Under the pieces are notes generated by a model, which was given only the letters and a program-made list of their open reading frames with translations, searched no databases and was not told the origin of the DNA. From a virus (taxonomy: Duplodnaviria; Heunggongvirae; Uroviricota; Caudoviricetes): DNA of 39,324 bases. Location: IMG/VR virus record IMGVR_UViG_2703718821_000011. The stretch is one strand, 5' to 3'. The position numbers were made by a program, and so were the translations under genes. This document shows positions 1 to 7,250 of this stretch, piece after piece. Each line of letters opens with the position of its first letter. The stretch's first letter is position 1.

Positions 1-305
1 TCATGATGAACCTCGGCTAACAAAGTGTTCGCAAGCAGCTGCAAAGCGATCCAGTCCGGTCGTCACCTCTTCTTCGCTGACATTGAGCGCAGGCGCAAAA
101 CGCACCACGTTGCCACCCGCAATCAGTACCATCACGCCTGCTTTCGCCGCTTCCTGAGAGATCTGTTTCGCTTGCCCGGCGTAATCGGCATTCAGTACAC
201 AGCCAATCAGCAAACCTAAGCCGCGAACTTCACTGAACAAACCATAGCGGTGATTAATAGTATTAAGACGCTCAACAAACCAGTCGTGACGCTGTTTAAC
301 GCCAT
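1..305 (-). CDS. astC: Host succinylornithine/acetylornithine aminotransferase (AstC/ArgD family), 3' terminal ~100 codons only; gene interrupted by prophage insertion
   Basis: Minus-strand translation ends ...[96 protein letters not shown], which I recognise as the AstC C-terminus; similarity stops abruptly near nt 305 where phage-end sequence begins. Exact junction uncertain by a few bp. Confidence 0.7.
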
Positions 306-436
306 TAATATAGCGCGGCGATTTTTTTGATACCGATTTGCATTTCATTTGATACTGCTGAAAAACGCCGATACGCAACTTATTTGATACTAAATCGGCG
401 CTTTTCTTTTGAGTTTTAGAATGAGTTTTTAAGCGC
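306..436. repeat. Prophage right-end terminal region with three direct TTTGATAC repeats, candidate transposase end-binding sites
   Basis: TTTGATAC at ~326-333, ~348-355 and ~383-390, between the host junction and the mom stop codon; Mu-family ends carry multiple spaced transposase binding sites. Terminal dinucleotide could not be fixed. Confidence 0.45.
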
Positions 437-1174
437 TCATTCACTCTCTTTCAAACCAGTTTTAACTGTTTGTGGTTTTGGGTAAGGCTGGACTTTGAAT
501 AGCTTTGTGTTGAGGCGTTTTTTGGCCCTCTTGTTCAGAAACCGGATGTAACGAAACTGTCGGAACTTATGAACATTGGCTCTGTCAATATTAGCCCTCA
601 GATGTTCACCTCGTTGTCCGCCTCGTTTAATGGCATTCCTGCAAATCTCGTGATACCACTCGCCATCAAGTTCATAGAATATTGATTCATGGCTGCCTAC
701 ATAATCAAAATTGCTTGCCTGATACACGACACCAAGACAGCCACAACGCTCATCTGCAAACGACTGAACCCACTGTACCTGCGGATAAAGCTGCCTGATT
801 AGCTTGAGCGCGTAACTGATTGCCCTTGATTCGGAGTTTCTCGGCATACAGTCATGCAGCCATAGCCGGTTAAGCTCCATATATTCTCGGTTCTGCGTAC
901 CCGTTACGACGCGTGCACCACTGTTTGGGTTAAGGGCGTAACCCCATTGCATTACGCCAACAAGTTCCCGTTCTGAAAATATGCCCAGATGAAGGTAGGA
1001 GTTATTTACGAAACGGTGGCTGTAATGTTTATTGACGATGACCAGTCTGGCCAGCCAGCAACTTATTGTCTCAACCCGCAACTCACGGGAGCCATAACCA
1101 ACGATATTGTCGTTATAGCGAATAAGTTCAGGCGTGCTGATGATTCGGGATGTGACTTGCTTTCTGTTCCCCAC
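437..1174 (-). CDS. mom: Mom-like DNA modification protein (anti-restriction); true start may be internal to the ORF
   Basis: 245-aa ORF immediately downstream of and overlapping a Com homolog, last gene before the prophage end, exactly as in Mu. Assignment is by position and com linkage, not by recalled sequence identity. Confidence 0.6.
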   Translation of the reverse strand: MGNRKQVTSRIISTPELIRYNDNIVGYGSRELRVETISCWLARLVIVNKHYSHRFVNNSYLHLGIFSERELVGVMQWGYALNPNSGARVVTGTQNREYMELNRLWLHDCMPRNSESRAISYALKLIRQLYPQVQWVQSFADERCGCLGVVYQASNFDYVGSHESIFYELDGEWYHEICRNAIKRGGQRGEHLRANIDRANVHKFRQFRYIRFLNKRAKKRLNTKLFKVQPYPKPQTVKTGLKESE

Positions 1175-1328
1175 GACAGGATTTCCTTGTGTATGTGGGG
1201 TGCTCTGTGGCGCTCGGAGATGTGATTTGATTGAGGGTTTTACAGCGCGGACATTTTACTTCCAGATAACTGAAACTGGCCCGTGCCAGTAGCTTATTGC
1301 AGTGTCGGCACCGTATGTTTCGATACAT
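1128..1328 (-). CDS. com: Com, zinc-finger translational activator of mom
   Basis: [30 protein letters not shown]... matches the Mu Com pattern (IRCKNCNKLL...IRCPRCK); overlaps the mom 5' end. ORF is open up to 1373, so a longer N-terminus is possible. Confidence 0.75.
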   Translation of the reverse strand: MYRNIRCRHCNKLLARASFSYLEVKCPRCKTLNQITSPSATEHPTYTRKSCRGEQKASHIPNHQHA

Positions 1329-1369
1329 GGCCGCATAACCTCCTGCTTTGTTGTTGATGCCTTTCTCAT

Positions 1370-1550
1370 GCAATCGATCGACAAAAACGATCGATTCGAT
1401 TTGTTTAATTGATACAACAAATAGATTGAAAAGTCATCAACAATGATTCAGGTAGGTGATTATTTACTTAAAGAAAACGAAGAGTTAGGTGGTGAAAACG
1501 ATCATAAAATGATCATTTTATTGACTTTTTATATAGTGAAGGTAGGATCG
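1370..1550 (-). promoter_or_regulatory. Candidate mom operon control region: GATC (Dam) site cluster including a perfect 9-bp inverted repeat AATCGATCG-N7-CGATCGATT
   Basis: GATC at ~1376, ~1389, ~1500, ~1511, ~1546 in an AT-rich stretch just upstream of com. In Mu, Pmom is controlled by Dam methylation of upstream GATC sites (OxyR binding) and by C protein. Confidence 0.45.
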
Positions 1551-1914
1551 CGCGTATATGTAGTATGTTTCAAATCAATGGGATACTACATACATAAAGA
1601 GCGACCCAGATAGCGCGAACTATTCTGGGCCGATTTAGACAATTTTGCATCAATGCTTTACTTCGAGCTCGTGGCGTATCCTATGATATTCCCCAGTCTC
1701 CTGTAAAGCAGAGATGCATAAAAAGGAGATCTTTATCATGGATGAAAGAGCCTGTTTGCCCTGCCTGTAAGACTCCCTTACAGCTCATCTATCGCCGTTC
1801 TCGATCTCAAAATGGCAAGACATACAAACCCAAAAATGCTTCCTGTTTCAGGATGCTGATATGTCCTGCCTGTTCTCCCAGGAGGGAAAATACACAAAAC
1901 GTGCATTAACAAAC

Positions 1915-1940
1915 TCACCCGGCAGGGAAACCTGCCGGTC
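1915..1940 (-). terminator. Hairpin (CCGGCAGG-GAAA-CCTGCCGG) immediately downstream of the 81-aa ORF; possible weak terminator
   Basis: Perfect 8-bp stem with 4-nt loop directly after the stop at 1948; downstream U-tract on the minus-strand RNA is poor, so termination efficiency is doubtful. Confidence 0.3.
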
Positions 1941-1947
1941 GGTATTG

Positions 1948-2193
1948 TTACATCATAGTACCGTCAGTTCCGGGCTGAACCGGCTCTGGTTGCTCTACGG
2001 GTTGAGGATCATTTTCCGTGCTGTTTTCAGCCGGAGAACGGCCAACCATTCGGGCCAGCACTTCATCAACATATGCGTCGATTTGTGCCTCAAAATCCTT
2101 GCGAACCTGCGCCTTCAGCACGCGGTTCACTTCTTCAGAATAAAGTGCCTGTTTGACAAGCTCTTCAGTAACCGTGCCTTTAATCTCTGGCAT
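1948..2193 (-). CDS. Hypothetical acidic 81-aa protein (cargo)
   Basis: Protein-like composition (MPEIKGTVTEELVKQALYSEEVNRVLKAQVRK...), AAGGAG Shine-Dalgarno about 7 nt upstream of the ATG. No recognisable domain. Confidence 0.55.
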   Translation of the reverse strand: MPEIKGTVTEELVKQALYSEEVNRVLKAQVRKDFEAQIDAYVDEVLARMVGRSPAENSTENDPQPVEQPEPVQPGTDGTMM

Positions 2194-2228
2194 GAATATT
2201 CTCCTTTTGCAGGTATATTGCCCCGTTA

Positions 2229-2411
2229 TCAGAGCGGGGTCGGGTCGTTTGGGGATGACGGTGCCTGTGCTGTTTTACTGAGTTTTTCAGCTGCCGCATC
2301 ATCAATTTTACGGCGAATATAATTTCTGATGACCTTATAACCGCCGCTCACCAGATATAACGCACTGACCACAGCGCAGAAATAAAGCAGCATTGTATGA
2401 ACGAATGTCAT
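2229..2411 (-). CDS. Hypothetical 60-aa small membrane protein (one N-terminal TM helix, basic juxtamembrane segment)
   Basis: MTFVHTMLLYFCAVVSALYLVSGGYKVIRNYIRRK...; AAGG-type RBS upstream; located in the cargo block. Confidence 0.5.
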   Translation of the reverse strand: MTFVHTMLLYFCAVVSALYLVSGGYKVIRNYIRRKIDDAAAEKLSKTAQAPSSPNDPTPL

Positions 2412-2523
2412 ATAACCTTACCTTTGATATTGACTACATAATTCGTTATCGGGTAAAAACATCGAAGCGACTGATAACCACTCCTTCGGGAGTATTTTTA
2501 TTTTCCTTTATGGGTTAGGTAGC

Positions 2524-2559
2524 TCCCGCCAGCCATATCATGACCGGCGGGATTTTTTT
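2524..2559 (+). terminator. Rho-independent terminator on the plus strand (GC stem TCCCGCC...GGCGGGA followed by T7)
   Basis: Stem-loop followed by TTTTTTT on the plus strand only; overlaps the stop codon of the minus-strand esterase gene. It would stop rightward transcription entering the esterase gene antisense. Confidence 0.55.
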
Positions 2560-4567
2560 ATTCTGTTACCGCTTTTTTCACTTCCACCACAATGCTGTCA
2601 ATCAGCACCGGGTAAGTTGCATTTTTGGTGATATCCGTTACGCGGAGTTTGTCCACCGGGAAAGTTCCTACTGGTGACTGCGTCAGGGTAAACGCGGCAC
2701 CATCCTGACCATCAATAACCGGAATAACCTGAAGGCTGTTATTTCCTGCAAAACGGAAGGCCAGCGTATGCCATTCATTATCAAATGCACCAAAGGTTCC
2801 CAGTTTCTGGTTATTTGTTGCCACTTTTGCATTGTGGTACATCACATTCAGGTCTTTTGCGTCTGTCTGGATGTAGAACGATGCCAGCAGATTATTCCCT
2901 GCATCCCCTGTCAGGGTGACACCCTGCGGCAGAGAGGAAACCGGCCAGTAAAGCGCCATGACATACTGGTTTGCCACCAGGTCGCCAGGTACTTTAAAAC
3001 GACAACTGATTAAACCACCATTTTTCAGCAGTTCAGCACCAGTACCGGCATCATGAGCCAGATACCAGGATGATTTACCTGTTTCCTTGGTCAGTTTCAT
3101 TGCCTTACCACCTGTGCCTCCTGCATCACTGATAATTTCAGCTTTACCGCCAGCCGGCTCCCAGCCCTGGGCTTTCAGATTTCCTTCTGACTCACTGACA
3201 CGGTAAGACAGCAGTGTTGTGGTTACTGCTTCAGTTTCAGAAGATGGAACATCGGCTTTTACTGTGGTTCGCCCTGCATGAGTCAGAACAGCCGTGGCCA
3301 GACGGTCAGAAATAATACCCCGGCGCGCCCAGGCACTGAAATGGCTGGCCCGGTCCGCAGATGTCCAGGTAGCGGCACTGTTACGCCACGTTGAGCCGTA
3401 ATAACCAATGGATTCAATATCCGGGTCTTCTGCCGGATTGTTGGTGGGTACATTCACGCCATTTTCATCTGTCATTAATGGAACGAAATGAATGTTTTTA
3501 TCTGTTTTGTTTTTGTAGCCGCCATAGATTGCCTGGTATGCTGGTTCATTTTTCTGTTTCCAGAAATACGTGGTATCGCCACAAATCCACGGAACGCCAG
3601 CAGCACTGCCACCGGTACACTGTTCCGCCTGTTCAGCCAGGTCTGCGCGGAATTTTTCCACCATCGCCAGAAACAGCGCAGAATGCTCCGTCGGCTTCGC
3701 ATCAATATCAAACTCGCCCTGCATCCACACCACAGCAAGCAGGCGGTTTTTCGGGTTCTTCGCCAGTGCCGCTTTTGTCCGGCTGATTAAGTCCTTATAC
3801 AGCGGCTTATCCACACCCCAGCGGGCTGAGTCCTCTGAAGCACCCGTGCTGTCACTGTACGTGCCGTCAGCACCCGCCGTGAATGCAGAACCACCACGGC
3901 AGCAGGGAACCAGCAGAATCCCCGCATCTGCCGGAATAAACGGCAGCAGTTTTTTGGCAATGTGAAGCCCCTGACCCACGGTGCCATATTGCCCTTTAGC
4001 CACATCCGCTTTCGGGTGATTTTTTCCACTCATATCCTGCACATCATGCAGACAGTGGTCGGCCAGAATGATGTCGTTATACTGACAGGCTTTACCTCCC
4101 GGCGTGACTGTACTGCGACGGGCTAACTGCATAATACGCGGTTCGGGGCGGTCATATGTCTCCGGCAGTGGCAGACCTTCACCGTAAGCCATACCGTTTG
4201 ACTGACCAGCAAGAACCACCACGTAATACCAGGAAGGGGAGCTGGAAGCAGTTTCATTTCCTGACGGACGGGTATGTGTTTCAGCATTATCCCAGTCTGA
4301 CGGTTCAGCAGTACCGGCAACATCAGCACTTAACGGAATGACCGCACCAATACCCGCTCCGGTAATTTCCACACTCGGATCACCGGATACTGGCCTTACC
4401 CACAGGCAATCCCGTGTATTAAAACTGATGAGACAGTCAGCAAATGTCATTCCTCCTTTTGTTTCGGCCGGAGGAAAGGGAGCCTCAAGAAATGCCGCTG
4501 TACCACCGGAAACTTTAACAGTAAAGTTTCCGGGCATTGATGATAGTTGAACCCATTTGGACGTCAT
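2558..4567 (-). CDS. Cargo protein: SASA/SGNH-family carbohydrate esterase (sialate O-acetylesterase-like) with an N-terminal ~110-aa domain and a C-terminal ~250-aa beta-rich domain
   Basis: Motifs VVVLAGQSNGMAYG (GQSN block with catalytic Ser) and VVWMQGEFD (WxQGExD block) are hallmarks of the SASA esterase family. No obvious signal peptide. Sits between gin and com-mom, where Mu has no gene. Confidence 0.65.
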   Translation of the reverse strand: MTSKWVQLSSMPGNFTVKVSGGTAAFLEAPFPPAETKGGMTFADCLISFNTRDCLWVRPVSGDPSVEITGAGIGAVIPLSADVAGTAEPSDWDNAETHTRPSGNETASSSPSWYYVVVLAGQSNGMAYGEGLPLPETYDRPEPRIMQLARRSTVTPGGKACQYNDIILADHCLHDVQDMSGKNHPKADVAKGQYGTVGQGLHIAKKLLPFIPADAGILLVPCCRGGSAFTAGADGTYSDSTGASEDSARWGVDKPLYKDLISRTKAALAKNPKNRLLAVVWMQGEFDIDAKPTEHSALFLAMVEKFRADLAEQAEQCTGGSAAGVPWICGDTTYFWKQKNEPAYQAIYGGYKNKTDKNIHFVPLMTDENGVNVPTNNPAEDPDIESIGYYGSTWRNSAATWTSADRASHFSAWARRGIISDRLATAVLTHAGRTTVKADVPSSETEAVTTTLLSYRVSESEGNLKAQGWEPAGGKAEIISDAGGTGGKAMKLTKETGKSSWYLAHDAGTGAELLKNGGLISCRFKVPGDLVANQYVMALYWPVSSLPQGVTLTGDAGNNLLASFYIQTDAKDLNVMYHNAKVATNNQKLGTFGAFDNEWHTLAFRFAGNNSLQVIPVIDGQDGAAFTLTQSPVGTFPVDKLRVTDITKNATYPVLIDSIVVEVKKAVTE

Positions 4568-4666
4568 AATAATCAGCCTGTTCCTGAATAAACTGAATTA
4601 TCATATCCACAGACCGATAAACGCCATTTTGCGTTAATTCAGTAAAGGCCCAACAAAGAGAGCGTC

Positions 4667-5227
4667 TTATTTTTCCGAAACGCTCGCAGGATAATAACGA
4701 TAAAGGGTTGAAAGACCGATATCAAAAATAAGTGCCACCTGTCTTCGACTGACACCCCCGGCCAGTAAACGCCCGACCTGCTCGTATTGTTCCTGCGTGA
4801 GACGGCGGGGTCTGCCGCCGGTTCGTCCCCTTTCACGGGCAGCTGCAAGACCAGCCCGTGTCCGTTCGACAATTAATTCACGCTCCATTTCTGCCAGCGC
4901 ACCCATTATGTGAAAAAAGAAGCGCCCCATGGGGGTTGACGTATCAATGTTGTCAGTAAGACTACGAAAATTTATCCCCTGTTGCTGTAATTCATCTGTC
5001 AGCGCAACAAGGTGGCGCATACTGCGCCCCAGCCTGTCCAGTTTCCAGACCATCAGCGTGTCACCGGGTTTTAGTTTCTTCAGTGCCCGCTTCAGTCCCG
5101 GCCGCTGTGTCGTTTTACCACTCATTTTGTCTTCAAAAATCTGCTCACATCCTGCACATTCCAGCGCATTTCTTTGTAAACCGGTGTTCTGGTCATTTGT
5201 TGATACGCGTATATAGCCAATCAGCAT
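4667..5227 (-). CDS. gin: Gin/Hin/Pin-family serine recombinase (DNA invertase)
   Basis: MLIGYIRVSTNDQNTGLQ... N-terminal resolvase/invertase catalytic motif, C-terminal HTH; adjacent to the gix-flanked segment and transcribed away from it, as in Mu. Confidence 0.85.
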   Translation of the reverse strand: MLIGYIRVSTNDQNTGLQRNALECAGCEQIFEDKMSGKTTQRPGLKRALKKLKPGDTLMVWKLDRLGRSMRHLVALTDELQQQGINFRSLTDNIDTSTPMGRFFFHIMGALAEMERELIVERTRAGLAAARERGRTGGRPRRLTQEQYEQVGRLLAGGVSRRQVALIFDIGLSTLYRYYPASVSEK

Positions 5228-5281
5228 GTATTTACCTTCCTTAAAAAGAGGTGGAAAAGCCTTTTAAAGTAGATATACGGC

Positions 5282-5307
5282 ATCCCTGAAACCTCGGTTT
5301 ACGGGAT
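5282..5307. other. gix-like crossover site (left), 26-bp imperfect palindrome ATCCCTGAAACCTCGGTTTACGGGAT
   Basis: Core AAACCTCGGTTTAC matches the Mu gix / Salmonella hix consensus as I recall it (TTCCTGTAAACCGAGGTTTTGGATAA, reverse complement). Confidence 0.6.
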
Positions 5308-5661
5308 ACGGTAAACAGGGCCGCGAATGCCCTGCCATCAAACGGTACGGCTGTTGCAGCAAGCAGGCTGGCAAATGCCCGCAGAATCAATGGTGTCGCC
5401 TTTGACGGCACGCAGGATATAAACATTACGTCAGGAATGCCGGAATCAACGGCCAATCAGCGTTATGTTACAGGGGTAAGACTGGGAGCGCAGGCATTAA
5501 GCGGCGGACTGGAATATAATTACTCCCTGTCATCAGGAAATGTGATTACCGGTTTTAAGACTGACGGAGACTGGGAAATGCGTGGTGGTGATGACCGTGT
5601 TTATTACAGACAGATACAATATTGTATTAATGGGCATTGGGTATCCGCTGCAAGTATTTAA
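5290..5661 (+). CDS. Silent alternative tail-fibre C-terminal cassette (S'v-like), promoterless in this orientation; would fuse to the constant part of S after inversion
   Basis: Plus-strand frame open from the stop at ~5287 encodes NLGLRDTVNRAANALPS...INITSGMPESTANQRYV..., paralogous to the expressed S segment NLGLRETVNKAADALPS...INITSGMTQSTADGRYV.... Confidence 0.55.
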   Translation, partial: NLGLRDTVNRAANALPSNGTAVAASRLANARRINGVAFDGTQDINITSGMPESTANQRYVTGVRLGAQALSGGLEYNYSLSSGNVITGFKTDGDWEMRGGDDRVYYRQIQYCINGHWVSAASI

Positions 5662-5731
5662 TTAACGGGGGCATAGCACACAGCAGCCAGCATCTGAAAT
5701 ATGCGTTATTTCAGACAAGCATTGCCTGTAT

Positions 5732-6304
5732 ATGGCGATAGTATTATTCCTGTTTTTATCATTGATTTACATGGTGATGTTTATGCAACTGATTAATGTC
5801 AAACGATATTACCCGAAAGACAAACCCTATGGTGAGGATGTTCAGTATTTCCAGAGTGAGGACGGAAGGGATTTTTATGAATCTATCCCGCTTTTTACAA
5901 AGAAATACAAACTCTGTATTTCGCCTGTAACGGGTATTATCTGCTCTGTTGCTGAAGATGTCTCTGCTTTATATCCGGCAGGTTTTACTGTTGTTGAAGT
6001 GGACGAACTGCCGGAAGGTGTGAATATTGACGGTAACTGGCAGTTTTCTGATGGCCTGATATCAAAGGTGCCGGTAAACTGGAAGACGGTTGCTGAAAAG
6101 CGTCGCTCATCGCTGCTCCAGGAAGCCAACGAAACCGTGGATGACTGGAAAACAGAATTAAAACTGGACATGATTAGCGATGAAAATAAATTACAGCTGA
6201 CGCGCTGGATGGCGTATATCCGACAGCTTAAAGAAATGCACTTTAATGATATTGCCAGTGAGGGGCATTACCAGGCGATTCCCTGGCCGGAAAAACCGGA
6301 ATAA
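5732..6304 (+). CDS. Tail fibre assembly protein (U/U'-type chaperone), inside the invertible segment; likely true start near 5783
   Basis: Follows the silent fibre cassette on the same strand; C-terminus ...IPWPEKPE is typical of tail-fibre assembly proteins; position matches the Mu G-segment U/U' genes. Confidence 0.6.
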   Translation: MAIVLFLFLSLIYMVMFMQLINVKRYYPKDKPYGEDVQYFQSEDGRDFYESIPLFTKKYKLCISPVTGIICSVAEDVSALYPAGFTVVEVDELPEGVNIDGNWQFSDGLISKVPVNWKTVAEKRRSSLLQEANETVDDWKTELKLDMISDENKLQLTRWMAYIRQLKEMHFNDIASEGHYQAIPWPEKPE

Positions 6305-6338
6305 TTCAGAGGGTGCATTCAGCACCCTTTTCTGTGGT

Positions 6339-7250
6339 TTACACTGAACTTACCGTTCTCCAGGTATTATGAATATAAATCTGAACCGGGCGATAATAGA
6401 CCCCACCGATATTGTCCGCAGACCGGGAGCCGGTTTCCTGCACGTTAATACCGGAAAGCATACAACCGGAAGGTGCGCTGTAATTCCATGACATTTCATT
6501 GCCTCCGGGTGAATGATAGCTCTGTGCTCCAAGCTGAACATTCTGTACATACCGGCCATCTGCGGTTGACTGCGTCATTCCTGACGTGATGTTGATATCC
6601 AGCGTTCCGTCAAAAGGAACACCATTAATATTTCTTGGGGTGGCGAGTCTGTTTGCTGCCACGGCGGTTCCAGCCGATGGCAGGGCATCAGCAGCCTTAT
6701 TTACCGTTTCCCGTAAACCGAGGTTATCGATAAAGGTTCCTTTGTCCTGGATATCCGCGCCATTCTGGTCCCTGCGCAGGTAACGGTTATCACCTTCGCT
6801 CCTGCTGTAAACATCCAGATTATTACGGGCGGTTTCCGCATTCTCCAGGTCGGCAAGGTTCTGATCCTTCGCCAGGGCATTAACGTCAGCGGGACCAAGA
6901 CTGTTTTTTGTGGCAAGCGTCCCCAGACCAAGATAACCACGGGCCAGACGCTGGGCTTCCGCACCGGCATCAGCAATTTCTTTCAGGTTGTTTTTCCGGG
7001 AAAAGGCATTCGCAGCGATAATGGCTTTAATGGACAGCGTAAGCTGGTTTAACTGCGCCTTATCCGGCTGAATACTGGCTTCAGCCAGAATATTCAGCAG
7101 TTCGGCCTGGAGAATATTCAGCCAGTCCTGACCAATCCAGCTGATACCTTTTTGTCCGTCACCTTCGGTAAACCAGGTGGTGGTATTACTCTGCGCCGGA
7201 GCCAGTTCAGGCATATTCGCCACGCCGGAATTATTATCAACATGGAACAT
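6339..7250 (-). CDS. Tail fibre protein S (constant part plus currently expressed variable C-terminus)
   Basis: Continuous ORF that crosses the right gix-like site at the FIDNLGL codons; variable part lies inside the invertible segment; located between gp48 and the invertase, as in Mu. Confidence 0.7.
   Translation of the reverse strand: MFHVDNNSGVANMPELAPAQSNTTTWFTEGDGQKGISWIGQDWLNILQAELLNILAEASIQPDKAQLNQLTLSIKAIIAANAFSRKNNLKEIADAGAEAQRLARGYLGLGTLATKNSLGPADVNALAKDQNLADLENAETARNNLDVYSRSEGDNRYLRRDQNGADIQDKGTFIDNLGLRETVNKAADALPSAGTAVAANRLATPRNINGVPFDGTLDINITSGMTQSTADGRYVQNVQLGAQSYHSPGGNEMSWNYSAPSGCMLSGINVQETGSRSADNIGGVYYRPVQIYIHNTWRTVSSV
6708..6733. other. gix-like crossover site (right), TTCCCGTAAACCGAGGTTATCGATAA, inside the S coding sequence
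   Basis: About 21 of 26 positions match the Mu gixL sequence as I recall it; inverted relative to the left site. Confidence 0.6.

Larger units (their letters stand above)
5282..6733. other. Gin-invertible tail-fibre specificity segment (~1.45 kb) bounded by inverted gix-like sites and ~140-bp diverged inverted repeats
   Basis: Inverted gix-like sites at ~5282-5307 and ~6708-6733; inner inverted repeats (~5290-5440 and ~6600-6720) encode paralogous tail-fibre segments; recombinase gene adjacent. Confidence 0.6.

Noticed and set aside
25-219. 64-aa plus-strand ORF at the window start
   Set aside because: Antisense to the conserved astC coding sequence.
1861-2322. 153-aa plus-strand ORF overlapping both small cargo genes
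   Set aside because: Composition dominated by R/S/L/F/H/C, typical of an antisense frame; the minus-strand ORFs it overlaps have strong ribosome-binding sites and protein-like sequence.
5241-5456. 71-aa minus-strand ORF next to gin, and its mirror image at 6586..6783 on the plus strand
   Set aside because: Both are off-frame readings of the inverted repeats flanking the invertible segment; their similarity to each other reflects the DNA repeat, not a gene family.
5875-6171. 98-aa minus-strand ORF inside the tail-fibre assembly gene
   Set aside because: Antisense to a well-supported gene, Ser/Thr-rich low-complexity translation, no ribosome-binding site; does not supply the missing second chaperone.
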